A stretch of 64,000 nucleotides of DNA. Origin: a bacterium (GTDB lineage: Bacteria > Patescibacteriota > Saccharimonadia > Saccharimonadales > DATKHC01). Both the position numbers and the translations under genes were made by a program. Positions 10,731-21,842 of this stretch are shown piece by piece. A model generated the notes under the pieces. That model saw only the letters and a program-made list of their open reading frames with translations, made no database searches and was not told where the DNA came from. The stretch lies in NCBI GenBank assembly GCA_021781215.1, contig JAJXXC010000004.1, forward strand, positions 66,975-130,974, in the 5' to 3' direction. Numbering within the stretch: the stretch's first letter is position 1; each line of letters starts with the position of its first letter.

Positions 10731-11653
10731 TAGACTAAGTTAGCCTTTCCCGCGGAATTAAACATATCAATTTTTGACTCAACTACAGTCTGAACAGCAG
10801 TAATAACTTTATCCATTAATTTAATAACCGCATATTCGGAAGGATTGTCTCTCAAGACTTCTTCTAAAGTTTTTCGATAAGCCACTCTCATATCAGAATT
10901 AATATTAACCTTTGACACTCCTATCTTAACTGCCTCTTCAAAATAATGACCCGGCGTGCCACTTCCACCATGTAAGGAAATATTACAATCTATTGATTCT
11001 CTAATTTGTTTTAATAGTTCGAGATCGAGCTGTTTGGGGACTGGATATTGACCGTGCAAATTTCCGATAGCTGCTGCAAAAGTATCAATTCCAGATGCTT
11101 GAACAAATTGCTGCGCACCGTCAGGAGTTGAAAAAGTTTTTTTGATTTCCTCATAATTAATAACTTCTGTGTGTAAATTAGAACTTCCACCAAAATAATG
11201 CGGCTCGCTTTCAACCAATGCGCCGGTAAATTTAGCATATTCAACGACTTTCTTTGTATCAGCAATTATCTGATCCTCCGTAGCATCATGCTGTGCCTGA
11301 CTGATGTCAATGTGAATGAACTCAAATCCGGCATCTATTCCAGCCTTCGCTGCCTCCACGCTAGGTGAATGATCCAAGTTAATATACATCTCTACGCCAT
11401 ACTTGCGTTTATAATTTGTCACCATATCCCTAACATTATCAAGTCCAATTGAGTCAACTTCACCCTGACTAACCTCAATTAATACTGGGGCTTTCTTTTT
11501 AACGGCAGCTTGCAGTACGGCCCTAAGAGTTTCTTGATTATCCATGTTAAAAGCACCAAATGCAAAATGCTCATTTCTAGCTCTCGTCATGGCTTGACGA
11601 GCTAGATTGCAGTTGTTTCTGATTTCATAAATTGTAAGCGACATTACTATCAA
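10730..11653 (-). CDS. fba: class II fructose-bisphosphate aldolase
   Basis: 307 aa with the LDHS, HIDIS and SLHGGSG motifs. Confidence 0.9.
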   Translation of the reverse strand: MIVMSLTIYEIRNNCNLARQAMTRARNEHFAFGAFNMDNQETLRAVLQAAVKKKAPVLIEVSQGEVDSIGLDNVRDMVTNYKRKYGVEMYINLDHSPSVEAAKAGIDAGFEFIHIDISQAQHDATEDQIIADTKKVVEYAKFTGALVESEPHYFGGSSNLHTEVINYEEIKKTFSTPDGAQQFVQASGIDTFAAAIGNLHGQYPVPKQLDLELLKQIRESIDCNISLHGGSGTPGHYFEEAVKIGVSKVNINSDMRVAYRKTLEEVLRDNPSEYAVIKLMDKVITAVQTVVESKIDMFNSAGKANLV

Positions 11654-11684
11654 TTATATAAGCATTAGTGTTTTTAGGCTAATT

Positions 11685-12656
11685 TTATTGAGCTAATAAT
11701 TCTTTTGCACTTGCAACTATAGAGCCACTGTCTAAATGAAAGTGTTTGATTAGCTCACTGGCCTCACCCGACTCACCAAACCTATCTTGCATGCCAATAC
11801 GGTGCATTCTAGTAGGCAAGTGTTCGGATAATAATTCACTAATTGCTCCGCCCAAGCCACCATTTATCTGAGCCTCTTCTGCCGTTATCACTAGCCTGGT
11901 TTTAGAAACACTTGAAAGTATGGTTTTTTGATCCAAGGGTTTGATAGTTGCTACATTAACTACTTCCACGCTGATTCCCTCAGATTCCAATACTTCGGCT
12001 GCCACTAAGCTTTCATACACAAGGCTTCCACAGGCAAAAATTGTAAGATCTCTACCTTCACGATAAACATAGCTTTTACCTATTTCAAATGGAGTCTGCT
12101 CATTAGTAATTACGGCAGTGGCTTCTCTGGCTAAACGTAAATAGTTAGGACGTTTATCATTTGCCATAGCGAGAGTAGCTTTCTCTGCCTGCAGCGAATC
12201 ACACGGAACAATAACTACCATGTTAGGCAGAACTCGCATTAATGCGATATCCTCAAGCATCTGATGAGTTGCACCATCAGGACCAACGCTAACACCGGCA
12301 TGTGATCCGACTATTTTAACCGGTCGATCATTCAAACAAATTGTAGTTCTGATTTGTTCCCAGTTTCTCCCAGGGCTAAAGGCAGCATAGCTACTAACAA
12401 ATGGTATCTTACCCATTGCGGCTAATCCCGAACCGACTGTCACTAAATTTTGTTCTGCTACTCCAATTTCAAAAAATCTATCTGGAAATTCAGCCTTGAA
12501 TAAACCCATCTTGGTTGAATCCGTTAAATCTGCGCAAGCTGCAACCACTTGAGAATTAACTTTACCCGCGCTAACTAAACCCTTGCCAAAACCTTCTCGA
12601 ATTGGTTCAAATTTCATATCTGGACCTAGTTTTTTAATTGATCTAAAGATGCTCAT
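11685..12656 (-). CDS. transketolase, C-terminal (pyrimidine-binding) subunit
   Basis: 323 aa with FEIGVAEQN and GPDGATHQ motifs; forms a split-tkt pair with the upstream gene. Confidence 0.9.
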   Translation of the reverse strand: MSIFRSIKKLGPDMKFEPIREGFGKGLVSAGKVNSQVVAACADLTDSTKMGLFKAEFPDRFFEIGVAEQNLVTVGSGLAAMGKIPFVSSYAAFSPGRNWEQIRTTICLNDRPVKIVGSHAGVSVGPDGATHQMLEDIALMRVLPNMVVIVPCDSLQAEKATLAMANDKRPNYLRLAREATAVITNEQTPFEIGKSYVYREGRDLTIFACGSLVYESLVAAEVLESEGISVEVVNVATIKPLDQKTILSSVSKTRLVITAEEAQINGGLGGAISELLSEHLPTRMHRIGMQDRFGESGEASELIKHFHLDSGSIVASAKELLAQ

Positions 12657-13504
12657 TCAGATTCACTCCGTATTTTTCCTCTAAGTGTCCTAAGCTCCTT
12701 TAGGGCAATCTTGGCCTGTTGGGCATTAGGTGGCGTACCGTGCCAATGATAATCATTTTCCATAAAATCAACGCCCTTACCGGGTATAGTATGCGCAATC
12801 AAGATAACTGGTGAATTTTCAATTGACTTTGCAAAATTAAGAGCATTAATAACTTCTTCTATGTTATTACCATCCGTCTCTAAAACCTTCCAACCAAAGC
12901 TCTGCCACTTCGCGACTACATTTTCTAATGGCATGACTTCTTCCGTTGGACCGTCGATTTGTATATTATTTCTATCTAGAATCGCAATTATATTACTTAG
13001 CTTGTACTTGCTAGCCAACATAGCTGCTTCCCATATATTCCCTTCGTCTGTTTCCCCGTCTCCCATAACCACATAAATATATCGATCCTTTATTTTATCC
13101 AGTCGCATAGCCAAAGACATACCGGCCGCCTGACTTAATCCACAGCCCAGAGGGCCTGAAGTATTTTCTAGTCCTGGAAGGCGTAACCTTTCGGGGTGAC
13201 CCTGCAATCTAGAACCCAGCTGTCTTAGCGTCATTAATTCTTTAGTATCAAAATATCCCGCATGAGCCATGGTCGCATATCTAACAGGAACGCAATGGCC
13301 ATTACTCAATAACAAAATATCCCGCTCATCCCAATCAGGATTTTTAGGATCATGTTTTAAGACGTTGAAATAGAGTGCTGTAAAAATATCTGTTAGCCCA
13401 AGCGGGCCGGCACTATGCCCACTACCAGCATGCTCTAACATTTTAATAATATCCTGCCTAATTGAATCGGCCTTGAGCTTAAGGTTTTCGATATATAAAC
13501 TCAC
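12653..13504 (-). CDS. transketolase, N-terminal (TPP-binding) subunit
   Basis: 283 aa with SGHSAGPLG and GDGETDEGNIWEA motifs; 4-nt overlap with the C-terminal subunit gene. Confidence 0.9.
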   Translation of the reverse strand: MSLYIENLKLKADSIRQDIIKMLEHAGSGHSAGPLGLTDIFTALYFNVLKHDPKNPDWDERDILLLSNGHCVPVRYATMAHAGYFDTKELMTLRQLGSRLQGHPERLRLPGLENTSGPLGCGLSQAAGMSLAMRLDKIKDRYIYVVMGDGETDEGNIWEAAMLASKYKLSNIIAILDRNNIQIDGPTEEVMPLENVVAKWQSFGWKVLETDGNNIEEVINALNFAKSIENSPVILIAHTIPGKGVDFMENDYHWHGTPPNAQQAKIALKELRTLRGKIRSESE

Positions 13505-14133
13505 GCCACTACCTCCAGTGACTTACATAAGGCATCATAGGCTTGCAACGGATTCTTAGATTTATGTATATAGCCGCCAACATTTAAAACATCGACTTTA
13601 TTGTCAGATAATATCTTTGCATTAGAAAGATTAATTCCACCATCCCAGCCAACTTCAATATTTGAATTCAACTCCTTAACCATACTGGCTTTTGACACCA
13701 ATTCCATATCGGCATGTCCACCAAAAAATCCTAAATTGCCTGAAAAAATTAATACATGATCAAGAACATCTCTAAACTGTTTAAGTAAGCTGACATTAGT
13801 CTGTTGCAACACTGCAATGCCTAGTCTAATCCCATTACTCTTAACAACATCCGCAATTTCACTGATATTCATTTCTGATTCATAGTGGACAATGATTAGG
13901 TGCGGTTTCAAACTCACTAACTGCTTAATAATTGGGCCAGGTGTCTCGTACATCACATGGATATCGGTCGTGACTTTGGGCAGCCAGATTTTCTTAACAT
14001 CTAAAAGTTTTGGGGCAAATATATCATCGGCGATATCTAAATGTAGCCGTTTCGCAAACTGCGAAACTACAGCTATCTGATTATTGAATTGAGCAAGACT
14101 CGTGGCTGTTATTGTCGGGCAAATTATTGACAT
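13501..14133 (-). CDS. ribulose-phosphate 3-epimerase-like TIM-barrel protein
   Basis: 210 aa, divergent from canonical Rpe (HLDIADDIFAP, WDGGIN). Position between tkt and rpiB supports the call. Confidence 0.6.
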   Translation of the reverse strand: MSIICPTITATSLAQFNNQIAVVSQFAKRLHLDIADDIFAPKLLDVKKIWLPKVTTDIHVMYETPGPIIKQLVSLKPHLIIVHYESEMNISEIADVVKSNGIRLGIAVLQQTNVSLLKQFRDVLDHVLIFSGNLGFFGGHADMELVSKASMVKELNSNIEVGWDGGINLSNAKILSDNKVDVLNVGGYIHKSKNPLQAYDALCKSLEVVA

Positions 14134-14135
14134 AA

Positions 14136-14582
14136 TTAATTCATCTCATCTAATTCTCTGATTCTTCTACTATGCCTAGGGGCGCCAGAAAACGGAGATT
14201 CTAGCCATTGGTTAATAATATCTAAGGCTTCCTGAGTATCTAAAATTTGTGCCGGTAAACACAATACATTACTATTTTCATCATTTCGAGAATCCCTAAC
14301 CGACTTTATATCCCAACCCAAGCAGGCTCTAATGCCCTTGAACCTATTAGCAGCAATTACCATGCCCTGACCGCTGCCACATAGCAAAATCCCTCTTGGC
14401 TCCTTATCATCGCTTGCCAGGACATCATTTACCACTCTCTGGGCAAAAACTGGATAATCATCGTCGGGGTCGAGTTTATGGTCACCTAAATCATCTACGA
14501 TATAATTATTTTTAACCAAAAAATCTCTGACTTTATTTCTTGCGTAAAAGCCCTGATGATCTGATCCTAAATAAATTTTCAT
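14136..14582 (-). CDS. rpiB: ribose 5-phosphate isomerase B
   Basis: 148 aa with GSDHQG and LCGSGQGM motifs. Confidence 0.9.
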   Translation of the reverse strand: MKIYLGSDHQGFYARNKVRDFLVKNNYIVDDLGDHKLDPDDDYPVFAQRVVNDVLASDDKEPRGILLCGSGQGMVIAANRFKGIRACLGWDIKSVRDSRNDENSNVLCLPAQILDTQEALDIINQWLESPFSGAPRHSRRIRELDEMN

Positions 14583-14599
14583 CGTAATACAATCTCCGA

Positions 14600-15625
14600 C
14601 TATTGGTTATTACCAGCTTGGAGTATTCTTCCAGTATCAGCGACTACTTCAACCAGTCTATTAGAATATCCCCACTCATTATCATACCAAGCTACAACCT
14701 TAAGCATATTACCAGCAACTACAGCGGTTAATTTCAAATCAACGATTGCTGAATGGCTATTACCTATAAAATCACTACTAACTAGCTCTTCCTCTGTTAC
14801 GTCTAGTATCCCTTGATAAAAAGGCTCCTTGGCTGCTTTCTTAAACACTTCATTAACTAGCTCAACCGTAACTGGTTTCTTGGTAATAATTACAAAATCA
14901 CTTAGCGATACTACTGGAGTAGGTACCCTGACCGACATACCCCCAAATATACCTTCTAAACTAGGCAAGGCTTTAGCTGCCGCAATAGATGCGCCGGTTG
15001 TCGTTGGAACTATATTTTCAGCCGCGCTTCTGGCCTCACGTAAATCTTTGGCAGGTGCGTCTTGTAATCTTTGGCTGGATGTATAGCTATGAACGGTGGT
15101 CATCATGGCTTTTTCGATACCGAATGCACCTTCAATTACCGCAGCTACTGGGGTAATACAATTTGTTGTACACGAAGCATTACTAATAATGTCTTGCGCG
15201 CTATTCAGCTTATCTTCATTAACACCTAAAACTATGGTGGTAGCACCTTCGCCTTTAGCGGGAGCTGATAAAACAACTCTCTTAGCACCAGCAGTAATAT
15301 GAGCCTGAGCTTTAGCTGGATCAACAAAAAAACCAGTACATTCAATTACTACATCAACAGCCAAATCTTTCCATGGCAGTGTTAATGGGTCTTTTTGAGC
15401 TAGGACTTTTATATTCTGATCGTTAATAATCAGACTATCATCACTGAAACCAACCTTATTTTTATATAGACCATAATTAGTATCATGCATCAATAAATGA
15501 GCTAAAGTTTTTGTGTCAGTTAGGTCATTTATAGCAACAATTTCTAAATCGTCTCTATCAAATGCTATTTTGAATGCATTTCTTCCAATTCGGCCAAAAC
15601 CATTTATCGCAATCCGTGTTTTCAT
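14600..15625 (-). CDS. gap: type I glyceraldehyde-3-phosphate dehydrogenase
   Basis: 341 aa with NGFGRIGR, the SCTTNC active site, and WYDNEWGYS. Confidence 0.95.
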   Translation of the reverse strand: MKTRIAINGFGRIGRNAFKIAFDRDDLEIVAINDLTDTKTLAHLLMHDTNYGLYKNKVGFSDDSLIINDQNIKVLAQKDPLTLPWKDLAVDVVIECTGFFVDPAKAQAHITAGAKRVVLSAPAKGEGATTIVLGVNEDKLNSAQDIISNASCTTNCITPVAAVIEGAFGIEKAMMTTVHSYTSSQRLQDAPAKDLREARSAAENIVPTTTGASIAAAKALPSLEGIFGGMSVRVPTPVVSLSDFVIITKKPVTVELVNEVFKKAAKEPFYQGILDVTEEELVSSDFIGNSHSAIVDLKLTAVVAGNMLKVVAWYDNEWGYSNRLVEVVADTGRILQAGNNQ

Positions 15626-15709
15626 TGTCCCTCCCTAGAATATTTATTACCTATTATTGTAGAGAAGCACGAGCTTTATGGCAATACAGGAAAAGTGACT
15701 GCAGGTTTT

Positions 15710-16237
15710 TTAAGACTCGGTTTTGTATTTTTCTACACAGCCACGAATAATTTTCCAGGCAGCATTAGCGTCACCCCAACCCTTAACATTGGTTGTTCCA
15801 ACTTGCTTTAGATCTTTATAGTGATTAAAGTGATATTCTATTTGTTGTTTCCATTGCTCAGTCAAATCACCCAAGTTGTTGATATGCTTTCCGGAATGTC
15901 GATCATCTTCTGGAACACAAATTATTTTATAATCATTCTCATCACCATCGACAAAATCCAATACCCCTATAACCCTAGACTTAACTACTATCCCAGTCCC
16001 AATTGGCTCATCGGAAATCAGTAAGGTATCTAACGGGTCATTATCTTCATCCGTAGTAGCTGGTATAAAACCATAATTAACTGGTTTTTTAAATATTGAG
16101 GGCTCAACCCTATCTAGAACAAAGGCTTTCTTGTCTCTATCGAATTCAATTTTATGCGAAGAATTCTTAGGAATTTCAACAACGGTATAAATATATTTAC
16201 CATCTTCACCAAAACCAAAAAGTTTATCAAAATCCAA
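15710..16237 (-). CDS. ppa: inorganic pyrophosphatase (family I)
   Basis: 175 aa with VVEIPKNS..K.E.D and DNDPLD motifs. Confidence 0.9.
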   Translation of the reverse strand: MDFDKLFGFGEDGKYIYTVVEIPKNSSHKIEFDRDKKAFVLDRVEPSIFKKPVNYGFIPATTDEDNDPLDTLLISDEPIGTGIVVKSRVIGVLDFVDGDENDYKIICVPEDDRHSGKHINNLGDLTEQWKQQIEYHFNHYKDLKQVGTTNVKGWGDANAAWKIIRGCVEKYKTES

Positions 16238-16313
16238 AATAGCTTCTCCTTTATTTTACTTAATATATTGTATCAATAACACTCTAAATAGTTAAGAAAT
16301 AGAGTCTGTAAAC

Positions 16314-17252
16314 CTATTTCCTAGCTAAGCTATTTAGATATTCACGAATCTCAAGCGCAGCCTTAGCTCCCTCACCAACCGCACTGGCAATTTGCATAGT
16401 TGCAGCCTGGCGGACATCACCGGCAGCAAAGATACCGTCTATATTTGTTTTAAGATCATCGTCGGTAATAATTTGGCCAACCTCGTTCAAGGCAACCGGG
16501 CTATTCTTTAAAAATCCAGTATTTGGATTTAGACCTATAAAAATAAAGACGCCATCGGTAATATAGTCTACCGGTTCATTGGTTACCGTATTTGTCGCCG
16601 CTACCTTAGTAACTTTATTATTCTCACCGACTATTTCATTTGGAGTTACGTTGAAATGAATTTTTATCTTAGGGTTTTTCTTTAACTCTTCAATTAAAAT
16701 TTCTGAGGCCTTTAGTTTATCGCCCCTAACTAAAATATCTATACTGCTAGCAAATCTGGTTAAGAATAGTGATTCTTGAGCCGCTGAATTGCCGCCGCCA
16801 ATAACAACTAGTTTTTTATCTCGGTAAAATGCTCCGTCACAAGTTGCGCAGTAGTGGACTCCTCTTGATAAATATTCTACCTCGCCTTTAATCCCTAGTT
16901 TCTTATAGTCACAACCGGTAGCCAAGAGAACTGATTTGGCGTAGATATCACCATCTGTTGTGACTAATTTTAATAGACCGTCTTCGGGTATGATAGAAGA
17001 TACTTCCCCGAGTCTAATTTCAGTACCAAAGCGCTCAGCATGCTTTCTTAGATTATCGGCTAATTCTAACCCGCTAATTCCATCAGCAAAACCCGGATAA
17101 TTATCAATAACATCAGTTACTGCAGCAAGCCCACCAATGACGCCTTTTTCATACAATACAGTTTCGATGTCTTCTCTTGTGGTATAAATAGCAGCCGACA
17201 ATGCAGCTGGTCCTGCGCCAATAGCAACAAAGTCAATTATTTTTTTAGTCAT
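16314..17252 (-). CDS. trxB: thioredoxin-disulfide reductase
   Basis: 312 aa with GAGPAAL, the redox CATCDG motif, and GGGNSA. Confidence 0.9.
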   Translation of the reverse strand: MTKKIIDFVAIGAGPAALSAAIYTTREDIETVLYEKGVIGGLAAVTDVIDNYPGFADGISGLELADNLRKHAERFGTEIRLGEVSSIIPEDGLLKLVTTDGDIYAKSVLLATGCDYKKLGIKGEVEYLSRGVHYCATCDGAFYRDKKLVVIGGGNSAAQESLFLTRFASSIDILVRGDKLKASEILIEELKKNPKIKIHFNVTPNEIVGENNKVTKVAATNTVTNEPVDYITDGVFIFIGLNPNTGFLKNSPVALNEVGQIITDDDLKTNIDGIFAAGDVRQAATMQIASAVGEGAKAALEIREYLNSLARK

Positions 17253-17271
17253 TTAAATATCTCCCCTAGTT

Positions 17272-17520
17272 TTAAGAAATGGCTGGGACTAATTGAGCCA
17301 GATTATAGCCAACCACTACCTGTTTAGAATCATCGGATTTGGTAATCAATGTTATTGGAACAGTCAGCTGACCGCTAAGTTCAAAAGCTTCTTTTTGTTT
17401 TTCGGGTTCATTGTCTAGATTAACCTCATCATAGCTAAAGCCTTTATTAGTTAAGAATTGTTTGACCATTTTGCAGTATGCACAGGTATTTGTAGTAAAA
17501 ATAGTTATATTCTTGACCAT
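17272..17520 (-). CDS. glutaredoxin/NrdH-like small redoxin
   Basis: 82 aa with a CAYC motif, directly upstream of trxB. Confidence 0.7.
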   Translation of the reverse strand: MVKNITIFTTNTCAYCKMVKQFLTNKGFSYDEVNLDNEPEKQKEAFELSGQLTVPITLITKSDDSKQVVVGYNLAQLVPAIS

Positions 17521-17607
17521 TCTTTGCTCCTTTTTTTGTATCTTGTTTGTTATTTAAAATTATATATAGCGGTTAATATTTATGCAATACACCATATGTT
17601 GTGTTTA

Positions 17608-18147
17608 TCACTTCACGGCCAATAAAGTCACATCAAAGACTAGGGCTGCGTTAGCTGGTATACCAGATCCAGACGGAGGGTTGGCGCCGTAAGCTTCAGC
17701 GGCAGGAATAAGCAATCGTCTCTCACCACCAACTTTCATGCCAGGTATGCCTTGCTGCCAACCTAAAATTACCTGATTTAAGGCTAGGGTAATCGGCTGA
17801 GGTCCATTATCTAGTGAACTCTGAAAGATTATGCCGGTATCAGCTACTGCGCCAGTATAAATCACACTGACCGTCGATGATGCCGTAGCTACTGCTCCGG
17901 TACCGACCTTAAGATCGGTTATTTGTAAGCTTGTAACGTTATTATTTACTGGGGTAAAACCCGATAAACAGGTACCCGCTAATTTCTTTGTATTCACGCT
18001 CGTCTCCTTACAAGGCACAGCCTTATTACTATTATTAGAATTGATCATTGACCAAATCACTACTCCACTGGTAGCTAGCGCAGTAAACAGGAATAAGCCT
18101 GCCATAATTAGCGCAAAACTTCGGTCCCTAAGACTAGTTTTAGCCAT
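17608..18147 (-). CDS. FKBP-type peptidyl-prolyl isomerase, membrane-anchored
   Basis: 179 aa with an N-terminal TM helix and an FKBP core (VIYTGA...FQSS...VILGWQQGIPGMKVGGERRLLIP). Confidence 0.8.
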   Translation of the reverse strand: MAKTSLRDRSFALIMAGLFLFTALATSGVVIWSMINSNNSNKAVPCKETSVNTKKLAGTCLSGFTPVNNNVTSLQITDLKVGTGAVATASSTVSVIYTGAVADTGIIFQSSLDNGPQPITLALNQVILGWQQGIPGMKVGGERRLLIPAAEAYGANPPSGSGIPANAALVFDVTLLAVK

Positions 18148-18220
18148 TTTTATTTTCCCCTCTTTAATAACTCAATTCATCAATCATTATATAAATAATC
18201 GCTAAATTTGCAAAGCAAGA

Positions 18221-20716
18221 TTATATGATATCGCCAGAAAAATCTTCTATGGTTCGAGCCTTAAGATTACTCATCAGACTCCTTAAATCAGAGCTCTTTA
18301 GAGTCTTAGAATAGGAGTTTAAAGAGACTCTTAGGGTAATCTGTTTATATTCTGAGGATTCACCCTGGAATATATCAACTGGGCTTAAGTTAAAATAAGC
18401 GTCTTCGAAAGATTCAGCAATTAATTTTTTGGTCATATTATATAAATCTGAGTATTTAGTAGTTGTTGGAACCCTGAAACAGACGTCTTGCTCAATCTTA
18501 GGATAATGTGATAATTGGCTATAGATTTGTCCATTCGATACTTCTAAAAGCTTGGCTAGATCGAGCTCGATTATTGATACGAAATCTGGCAACTTCATGA
18601 TTTTTTTTATCGACTGGGTGGGCTCACCAATAATTCCTAAGAAAACATCTCCGACGTAGATAAGGCCCGATCGTATTGGCTCAAAAATCTTTGATGTTTG
18701 AACGAATTTAGCATCTATATGCTGCTGGTCGTATGACATTAATTTTATTTCTATGCCTAGCTGAGTCATCAAATAGCCTAGATAAGTTTTTGCCTGATAG
18801 TAGGCTGCCGATGAGGCCAGGGTATTATCGGTCAGCACCATAGCTATTCTATATTGTTCCTCTGGAAGAGTTGGTTCTTTATGATCCTTAAAACTGTTCT
18901 CTACTATTTTAGACATTTCATATAATACAAACTTAGAATAACCAGTCTTAACGTTTGAGTGAATCTTTTCCAGAAGGCTAGGTGCTAAACTAAGTCGATA
19001 ATATTGAATATCCGGACTGAGCGCATTGGATAGCTTATAGGCTAGGTCTGGATTTTGATTGACATTCTCGATTAGATTTCCATGCACAAAGTTATAAGTC
19101 ACAGCTTCATTAGCTCCAGCCCGTAGCATCAACTCCCTAATCTTCTGCCTAAATTCAAATAGCTTATTTTTAGCTACTGGTTTTGATGATCTTACCGGAA
19201 GAATTTGCCTAAGCCTATCATAACCATATAGCCTGCCAACTTCTTCAATTACGTCTTCCCTAATCTCTAAATCTGTTCTCCAAAATGGTGGCTTAATCAT
19301 CATTTGATCATTGTCGCCCGAAACATCTATCTCAACATTGGTTAACAGTTTGATCATTTCATCCATCTCAATATCTAGTCCTAGTAAATTGTTAACTGCT
19401 TTCACTTCCACCGGAAAAGATGTTTGTTTGCTTGGATTTTTATTAGCAGTCAATACACTACCCTCAATTTGACCACCAGCAACACCAACAATAGCCTGGC
19501 TAACTATTGGCAATATATGAATATTCTGTAGGCTCGATTGTCCCTTATTAAATCTAGTTACTGCTTCACTAAAAATTCCGTTCTCCATCGATGTTCGTCG
19601 AATTGTGTACATATCAAAAGTTGCGCATTCAAGTACGATATTCTTGGTAGAGTTATCAATTTCAGTGCTCGAACCACCCATAACACCACCTAAACCAATG
19701 GCCTTAGAACCTGTAGTAATTAGGATAGTAGCCTGGCTAGGAGTAACTCGCTTGCCATTCAATAAATCAACTTGTTCATCGGGATTAGGTTTTCTAATAA
19801 CAATTTTAGGGGCATCAACTGATGATTCAATAGATTTTAGCTTATCGTAATCATAGGCATGTAGCGGCTGGCCAGTAATCAACATATAGAAATTAGTTTG
19901 ATCCACTACGTTATTAATTGGCCTGATTCCCGATCGGCTTAAGAATGATTGAGTCTGTACATCACTAGGCTTTATTTCTATTCCACTGATTATCTGTACT
20001 AAAAACTCTGCCACTAATTCGGGTATTTTATTTTCAACCTGTATAAGATTATTGGTCTGAAAATCGATTGGCTCTTGATATTCAGACGTATACCAATCTG
20101 GAGATTTAAATTGTTCTCCAGTTATGCCAGCTATTTCTCTAGCAATACCAAGTACACCAAAACAATCTGGTCGATGAGTTAACATCTTATTCTCAATGTC
20201 GATGATTACGTCATTGAGTTCATAAACTTCTGCAAATTCTTGTCCAATTTTAGCCGGTTTATCTAATTCAAGTATCCCGTGATGCTCGTCGCTCAAACCC
20301 AGCTCTTTACTGCTGGCTAACATACCCTGGCTGACAATACCCCTAAGTTCTTTTGGTTCAAGGATCAGTGAGTCCTTGCCAAAAGTACTGGGAACGATTG
20401 AACCAGGTTTTAACCAAACAGCTAGCATATCTTTCCTAACATTTGGGGCGCCACAAACAACTTGAATTAAACCATGCTCATCTCGCTCGATATTTTTAGT
20501 AACTTGCCCGTCATCAATTTTACAGACAGATAGTTTATCGGCATTAGGGTGTCGATCAGATTCAACAACCCTAACGATCAAAGCACCCTGATATCTTTGT
20601 CCGAGATCAATAACCTCTTCTATGGCACCTAATTTACTACCAATCAAATCAATTAATTCCAAGGTCGGCACAGAGACTTTAGTAAATTTTTTAACTAAGT
20701 TAAGACTTACTTTCAT
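18221..20716 (-). CDS. pheT: phenylalanine--tRNA ligase beta subunit
   Basis: 831 aa with tRNA-binding, B3/4, B5 and FDX-ACB regions; overlaps pheS by 4 nt. Confidence 0.95.
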   Translation of the reverse strand: MKVSLNLVKKFTKVSVPTLELIDLIGSKLGAIEEVIDLGQRYQGALIVRVVESDRHPNADKLSVCKIDDGQVTKNIERDEHGLIQVVCGAPNVRKDMLAVWLKPGSIVPSTFGKDSLILEPKELRGIVSQGMLASSKELGLSDEHHGILELDKPAKIGQEFAEVYELNDVIIDIENKMLTHRPDCFGVLGIAREIAGITGEQFKSPDWYTSEYQEPIDFQTNNLIQVENKIPELVAEFLVQIISGIEIKPSDVQTQSFLSRSGIRPINNVVDQTNFYMLITGQPLHAYDYDKLKSIESSVDAPKIVIRKPNPDEQVDLLNGKRVTPSQATILITTGSKAIGLGGVMGGSSTEIDNSTKNIVLECATFDMYTIRRTSMENGIFSEAVTRFNKGQSSLQNIHILPIVSQAIVGVAGGQIEGSVLTANKNPSKQTSFPVEVKAVNNLLGLDIEMDEMIKLLTNVEIDVSGDNDQMMIKPPFWRTDLEIREDVIEEVGRLYGYDRLRQILPVRSSKPVAKNKLFEFRQKIRELMLRAGANEAVTYNFVHGNLIENVNQNPDLAYKLSNALSPDIQYYRLSLAPSLLEKIHSNVKTGYSKFVLYEMSKIVENSFKDHKEPTLPEEQYRIAMVLTDNTLASSAAYYQAKTYLGYLMTQLGIEIKLMSYDQQHIDAKFVQTSKIFEPIRSGLIYVGDVFLGIIGEPTQSIKKIMKLPDFVSIIELDLAKLLEVSNGQIYSQLSHYPKIEQDVCFRVPTTTKYSDLYNMTKKLIAESFEDAYFNLSPVDIFQGESSEYKQITLRVSLNSYSKTLKSSDLRSLMSNLKARTIEDFSGDII

Positions 20717-21741
20717 GAAAATTGCCTCAAAAATTCAAGTTTTGATGATTTCAAATTACGAACATCTTCAATGTCATATTTCATCATGACTAATCTATCT
20801 AGGCCAAAACCAAAAGCAAAACCAGAATATACATCTGGATCAATTTCAGCCTGAGTTAATACATTGGGGTGAATCATGCCGCAGCCGAGTAACTCTATGA
20901 ATCCAGAATAGCTACAGACCGAACAGCCTTTCTTATCACAAAATGGACAGGACAATGCAAACTCAAAGCTTGGTTCAGTAAAAGGAAAGTAGAATGGCTG
21001 TGATTTAATATCTAGCTGACGGCCGAAATACTCTTCAAGAAAAGTTCTAAGCGTCGCCATTAAATTGCCAGCATTTATGTTTTTGCCTACATATACTCCC
21101 TCGACCTGATAAAAAGTATGATCATGCCTGGAATCTACATCTTCGTTTCTAAAAACTACACCAGGTATTACACAGGCTATCGCCTTTCCATGCTCCAACT
21201 CGGATTTATTTTGTTGGATAACTCGGTTTTGCATTGATGAAGTATGAGCCGGAGCAATCAATTTATCTTTAGTCATAAAAGTATCGTAATCATCTCTGGC
21301 GGGGTGACCTTCTGGAAAGTTTAAAGATCCAAACATATGAAAATCATCATCTATAATCCGAGATTCAATTGCAGAAAAACCCATTCTATAAAAAATATCC
21401 AAGACTATATCTAGCTCTCTCATTAGCGGATGTTGACTACCATTATCAGATGTTAAAAGCTGATTGGCATTGGTCAAATTCTGATTAATATCAAACGGTG
21501 CAGTAATATCAATTGGTTCAGGTACTTCAAGTTTTTGTTGATGCTTTTCAACTAACTCTTTTAGTTTAAGGGTAAGTTCATTAACCTTCTTGCCAAATAT
21601 AGCTCGCTCAGCTTCAGGTAGTGAGGGTATGATGCTATATAAAGTTTTTAGTTCCCTAGATTTTAAAATATCAGCTTTGTTATCAAGGCCATCAAACCTA
21701 CTCAAAAGAACTTCTGATATATTTTCTACGTCAATATTCAT
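20713..21741 (-). CDS. pheS: phenylalanine--tRNA ligase alpha subunit
   Basis: 342 aa with class II motifs (HPARD, FRNE, GFAFGFGLDRL). Confidence 0.95.
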   Translation of the reverse strand: MNIDVENISEVLLSRFDGLDNKADILKSRELKTLYSIIPSLPEAERAIFGKKVNELTLKLKELVEKHQQKLEVPEPIDITAPFDINQNLTNANQLLTSDNGSQHPLMRELDIVLDIFYRMGFSAIESRIIDDDFHMFGSLNFPEGHPARDDYDTFMTKDKLIAPAHTSSMQNRVIQQNKSELEHGKAIACVIPGVVFRNEDVDSRHDHTFYQVEGVYVGKNINAGNLMATLRTFLEEYFGRQLDIKSQPFYFPFTEPSFEFALSCPFCDKKGCSVCSYSGFIELLGCGMIHPNVLTQAEIDPDVYSGFAFGFGLDRLVMMKYDIEDVRNLKSSKLEFLRQFS

Positions 21742-21842
21742 AATTAATATATGAAGTATAACATCTCAAGTTATTAAAATTAACGACGGTATTAACTTAA
21801 GCATTAAAATTATATAATTACTGTTAATATATAAGTACAATT

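Noticed and set aside
21742-21842. Possible T-box leader upstream of pheS
   Set aside because: The spacer is only about 100 bp, AT-rich, and lacks a T-box sequence or specifier-loop architecture.
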